Sequence record: MZ726794.1
Strand: one strand, 5' to 3'
Length of the DNA: 39,917 nt
Origin: Escherichia phage vB_EcoA_ASO2B
Shown: in pieces, positions 36,883 through 39,917 of the stretch
How positions within the stretch are numbered: position 1 is the first letter of the stretch
How the letters are laid out: each line of letters opens with the position of its first letter
Notes under the pieces: model-generated
What the model saw: only the letters and a program-made list of their open reading frames with translations
Databases searched by the model: none
Told to the model about the DNA's origin: nothing
Made by a program: the position numbers and the translations under genes

Positions 36883-37332
36883 ATGCTCGAATTTTTAAAG
36901 AGAGCGGCTCCGTGGTTACTTGCAGCAGTGATGTTTGCGGGTGGCTACCACACCGCTAATAATAAGTGGGAGGCTAAGGTCAATGAAGAATACACCTCGA
37001 ATCTTAAGGCATCGGAAGATACAAGGCTTGCTGTCCAAGCTGAAGTCAACAAAGTGTCCAAACGGTTTCAGGACGAAATGTCCTCGCTGGAAGGCAGCAC
37101 TGATAGGATTATTGCTGACCTTCAGTCTGACAATAAGCGGCTGCGCATCCGAGTCAAGCCAACGAGTGGAACCACGCAAAGTGACGGTCGATGCGTCATT
37201 GATGGTTACGCCGAACTTGACGAACGAGATGCTAAACGTCTTATCGCCATCGGAGTGAAAGGAGACAAGTGGATTAAGGCCCTTCAGGACACTGTGAGAG
37301 CCTTGCAGCAAGATAAGGAGGTGACGCATTGA
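36883..37332 (+). CDS. i-spanin (Rz-like, T7 gene 18.5 homolog)
   Basis: N-terminal membrane anchor [15 protein letters not shown], then a charged, probably coiled-coil periplasmic domain; SD gggaggg. Confidence 0.8.
   Translation: MLEFLKRAAPWLLAAVMFAGGYHTANNKWEAKVNEEYTSNLKASEDTRLAVQAEVNKVSKRFQDEMSSLEGSTDRIIADLQSDNKRLRIRVKPTSGTTQSDGRCVIDGYAELDERDAKRLIAIGVKGDKWIKALQDTVRALQQDKEVTH
36983..37258 (+). CDS. o-spanin (Rz1-like, gene 18.7), embedded in +1 frame of the i-spanin gene; start uncertain
   Basis: Lipoprotein signal with lipobox [13 protein letters not shown] and Pro-rich mature part; chosen ATG 36983 gives 91 aa; track ORF begins at 36935. Confidence 0.5.
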   Translation: MKNTPRILRHRKIQGLLSKLKSTKCPNGFRTKCPRWKAALIGLLLTFSLTISGCASESSQRVEPRKVTVDASLMVTPNLTNEMLNVLSPSE

Positions 37333-39092
37333 GTAAAGATTTAGTGGCGCGTCAGGCGCTAATGACTGCCCGTATGAAGGCAGACTTCGTGTTCTTCCTG
37401 TTCGTCCTGTGGAAAGCTCTGTCACTACCAGTCCCGACTCGCTGTCAGATTGACATGGCGAAGAAACTATCGGCTGGGGACAACAGGCGTTTCATCCTAC
37501 AGGCGTTCCGTGGTATCGGGAAGTCATTCATTACGTGCGCATTCGTGGTATGGAAACTGTGGAACAACCCAGACTTGAAGTTCATGATTGTGTCGGCCTC
37601 AAAGGAACGAGCAGATGCGAACTCCATCTTCATCAAGCGAATCATCGACCTCATGCCTCAGCTTCAGGAACTTAAACCTAAGCAGGGGCAGCGAGATGCG
37701 GTTATCAGCTTCGACGTTGGACCAGCCAAGCCAGATCACTCACCTTCGGTTAAGTCCGTTGGTATCACTGGTCAGTTGACTGGTAGTCGTGCTGACATCC
37801 TGATTGCCGATGACGTGGAGGTTCCTAACAACTCAGCGACTCAGGCTGCACGAGACCGTCTGTCAGAGCTTGTGAAAGAGTTCGACGCTATCCTGAAGCC
37901 GGGAGGTACAATCATCTATCTGGGTACTCCTCAGAACGAGATGACCTTGTATCGTGAGCTGGAAGGCCGAGGATACACCACTACCATCTGGCCCGCTCGC
38001 TACCCACGCGATAAGAAGGACTGGCAGTCTTACGGCGACCGTCTGGCTCCTATGCTTCAGGCAGAGCTTGAAGAGGACCCTGAGTCCTTCTACTGGCGTC
38101 CTACCGATGAAGTACGATTCGATGATACGGACCTGAAGGAACGTGAGCTGTCCTATGGTAAAGCTGGCTTCGCTCTACAGTTCATGCTTAACCCTAACCT
38201 GAGTGATGCCGAGAAGTACCCTCTGAAGCTCCGTGACCTTATCGTAGCAGACTTGGACCCAGCGTCTAGCCCAATGGTCTACCAATGGCTTCCTAACCCT
38301 CAGAACAAGCGTGAGGACGTTCCTAACGTTGGACTCATGGGTGACTCATACCACACGTATCAGACTGTAGGTTCTGCCTTCAGTTCGTACACCCAGAAGA
38401 TTCTGGTCATTGACCCTAGTGGTCGTGGTAAGGATGAAACGGGTTATGCGGTACTGTACCAGCTAAACGGCTACATCTTCGCTATGGAAGTTGGCGGTAT
38501 GCGAGGTGGCTATGAAGACTCTACGCTGGAATCCTTGGCTAAGATTGGTCGTAAGTGGAAGGTAAACGAATACGTCATTGAGGGTAACTTCGGTGATGGC
38601 ATGTACCTTGAGCTATTCAAGCCCGTAGCTTCCCGTATTCATCCTGCTGCTGTAACTGAAGTGAAGAGTAAGGGTCAGAAGGAACTCCGCATCTGTGACG
38701 TTCTGGAGCCTATCATGGGGTCTCACCGACTTATCGTCAACGCTGCTGCTATCGTCCAAGATTACCAGTCTGCCTCTGATAAGGATGGTGTTCGTAACCC
38801 TATCTACTCTCTCTTCTACCAGATGACACGTATCTCTCGTGAACGTGGAGCATTGGCACACGATGACCGACTTGATGCGCTGGCTATCGGTGTACAGTTC
38901 TTCGTTGAGTCTATGGCGAAGGATGCCAACAAAGGCGAACGTGAAGTCACTGAGGAGTGGCTGGAGGAACAGATGGAGAACCCACGGAAAGGCTTCGAGT
39001 CCATCCACACGGAGTTCTGGGACAATGGTGTCCGGGTAACTCACGATACGGACGACGAGATGGGACTAGGGTCCTACGTTACGTTCCACTAG
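37329..39092 (+). CDS. Terminase large subunit (T7 gene 19 homolog), 587 aa
   Basis: Size and order as T7 gp19 (586 aa); ATPase-like N-terminal half ([15 protein letters not shown]) and nuclease-like C-terminal half. Confidence 0.95.
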   Translation: MSKDLVARQALMTARMKADFVFFLFVLWKALSLPVPTRCQIDMAKKLSAGDNRRFILQAFRGIGKSFITCAFVVWKLWNNPDLKFMIVSASKERADANSIFIKRIIDLMPQLQELKPKQGQRDAVISFDVGPAKPDHSPSVKSVGITGQLTGSRADILIADDVEVPNNSATQAARDRLSELVKEFDAILKPGGTIIYLGTPQNEMTLYRELEGRGYTTTIWPARYPRDKKDWQSYGDRLAPMLQAELEEDPESFYWRPTDEVRFDDTDLKERELSYGKAGFALQFMLNPNLSDAEKYPLKLRDLIVADLDPASSPMVYQWLPNPQNKREDVPNVGLMGDSYHTYQTVGSAFSSYTQKILVIDPSGRGKDETGYAVLYQLNGYIFAMEVGGMRGGYEDSTLESLAKIGRKWKVNEYVIEGNFGDGMYLELFKPVASRIHPAAVTEVKSKGQKELRICDVLEPIMGSHRLIVNAAAIVQDYQSASDKDGVRNPIYSLFYQMTRISRERGALAHDDRLDALAIGVQFFVESMAKDANKGEREVTEEWLEEQMENPRKGFESIHTEFWDNGVRVTHDTDDEMGLGSYVTFH

Positions 39093-39186
39093 CTGAATGA
39101 ATAACTATAGGCGAAAACTGAATTAATAAGCAGTTAGTAACCTATAGTTACTACCAGTCTAACCTACTGTTTTACAAGGAGTTTGG

Positions 39187-39209
39187 ACTTAACTATCACT
39201 ATAGGGAAG
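39187..39209 (+). promoter_or_regulatory. Phage RNAP promoter near right end (phiOR-like)
   Basis: gacttaactatcactatagggaaga. Confidence 0.8.
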
Positions 39210-39391
39210 ACCCCCCCGGTTACTTATAGTATTACTGTAGTGAATATACATATGCAGACTTTATGCAAGACCTTAGGAGGCAGACTACGAGTTCTTACCT
39301 AAGGCTTGCACCGATGGAAGGAGGGTGATATTAATCATAATCCCTCCAATACAGATAGTCACCGACCATAGATACAGGAGGTATGTAGCAT

Positions 39392-39550
39392 ATGGCAAAG
39401 ACCAAAGCTGTACTTAAAGCTCTGGCGACCAATCGAGCTACATACAGGTTTCTTGCTGCTGTTCTACTTGCTGCTGGCGTTACTGCTGGAAGTCAGTGGG
39501 TCGGGTGGGTCGAGACTCTCGTATGTTCTCTGGTGTCTCAGTGTAATTAA
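39392..39550 (+). CDS. Small hydrophobic protein (gene 19.5 position), 52 aa
   Basis: ATG 39392 with SD aggagg; MAKTKAVLKALATNRATYRFLAAVLLAAGVTAGSQWVGWVETLVCSLVSQCN. Confidence 0.5.
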   Translation: MAKTKAVLKALATNRATYRFLAAVLLAAGVTAGSQWVGWVETLVCSLVSQCN

Positions 39551-39679
39551 CGCAATCATGGTAACGATTCATGAGTGGAAGACCTAAGGTCAGTACGTGG
39601 ATAAAGACCCACTCTACTGACCTTAGCTACTGTAGTCAAGGACTTTAGGTAACACCTTAATAGAAGCTCACTTAGGGTC

Positions 39680-39755
39680 ATCCTACTTATTGGTCTATCC
39701 TAGTGTCGCCTGACCTACGGTCCTTGACCTACAGTGGCTGTGGCCTACAGTAGTG
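39680..39755. repeat. Right short-repeat array (SRR-like), CCTAC(A/G)G units
   Basis: cctacgg 39714-39720, cctacag 39728-39734 and 39744-39750, plus degenerate copies upstream; mirrors the left array at 104-217. Confidence 0.6.
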
Positions 39756-39789
39756 ACGATGAGTTTTGGACCAAAAGTTTGAGACCACA

Positions 39790-39917
39790 TCTCACAGTTC
39801 AAGAACCTCAAGTCTCCCCATAGGCCCTCTTTAAGTCCAGACCAAAGGCCCTACCCGTTACTGCTCCTTGCAGTCACAGCCAGTCTGTCATAAGGTTGGA
39901 CCGATGGTCAGGACTTC
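39790..39917. repeat. Proximal part of predicted direct terminal repeat; predicted physical genome terminus at ~39790
   Basis: tctcacagttcaagaacctcaagtctccccatagg parallels the T7 left end TCTCACAGTGTACGGACCTAAAGTTCCCCCATAGGGGG; continues into window start. Inference by analogy. Confidence 0.4.

Noticed and set aside
39100-39150. aactatagg...cctatagtt inverted repeat after gene 19 as an extra phage promoter or terminator
   Set aside because: Lacks the atcact core of the promoter family and has no U-tract; kept only as an unexplained inverted repeat.

Overview
The window is an almost complete genome of a strictly lytic T7-like podophage (Autographiviridae, T7/T3 group), with every gene on the + strand in canonical T7 order: early anti-restriction gene (ocr), single-subunit RNA polymerase, ligase, gp2 host-RNAP inhibitor, SSB, endonuclease I, lysozyme, primase-helicase, DNA polymerase, exonuclease, portal, scaffold, major capsid (with 10B frameshift), tail tube, internal virion proteins, tail fibre, holin, spanins and terminase. 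The representation is permuted: the predicted physical genome end (tctcacag, about 39790) and the terminal repeat wrap across the window boundary. I find 11 phage promoters sharing the core AACTATCACTATAGG, about 7 RNase III-type processing hairpins, and the early (TE) and late (Tphi) terminators. The 1064-aa tail protein carries two sialidase Asp-boxes and a C-terminal autochaperone with Ser911, which matches the endosialidase of K1-capsule-specific coliphages (K1F type) as I recall it. I therefore read this as a known phage type, not a new system. The less-described content is a set of small accessory ORFs: early-region genes replacing the 0.7 kinase, a gene between endonuclease I and lysozyme, a DUF3850-like gene between gp11 and gp12, and a small hydrophobic ORF after Tphi. 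All homology statements rest on reading the ORF translations against remembered T7 proteins; no alignment or search was run. No tRNA, rRNA, CRISPR, integrase or repressor was seen.
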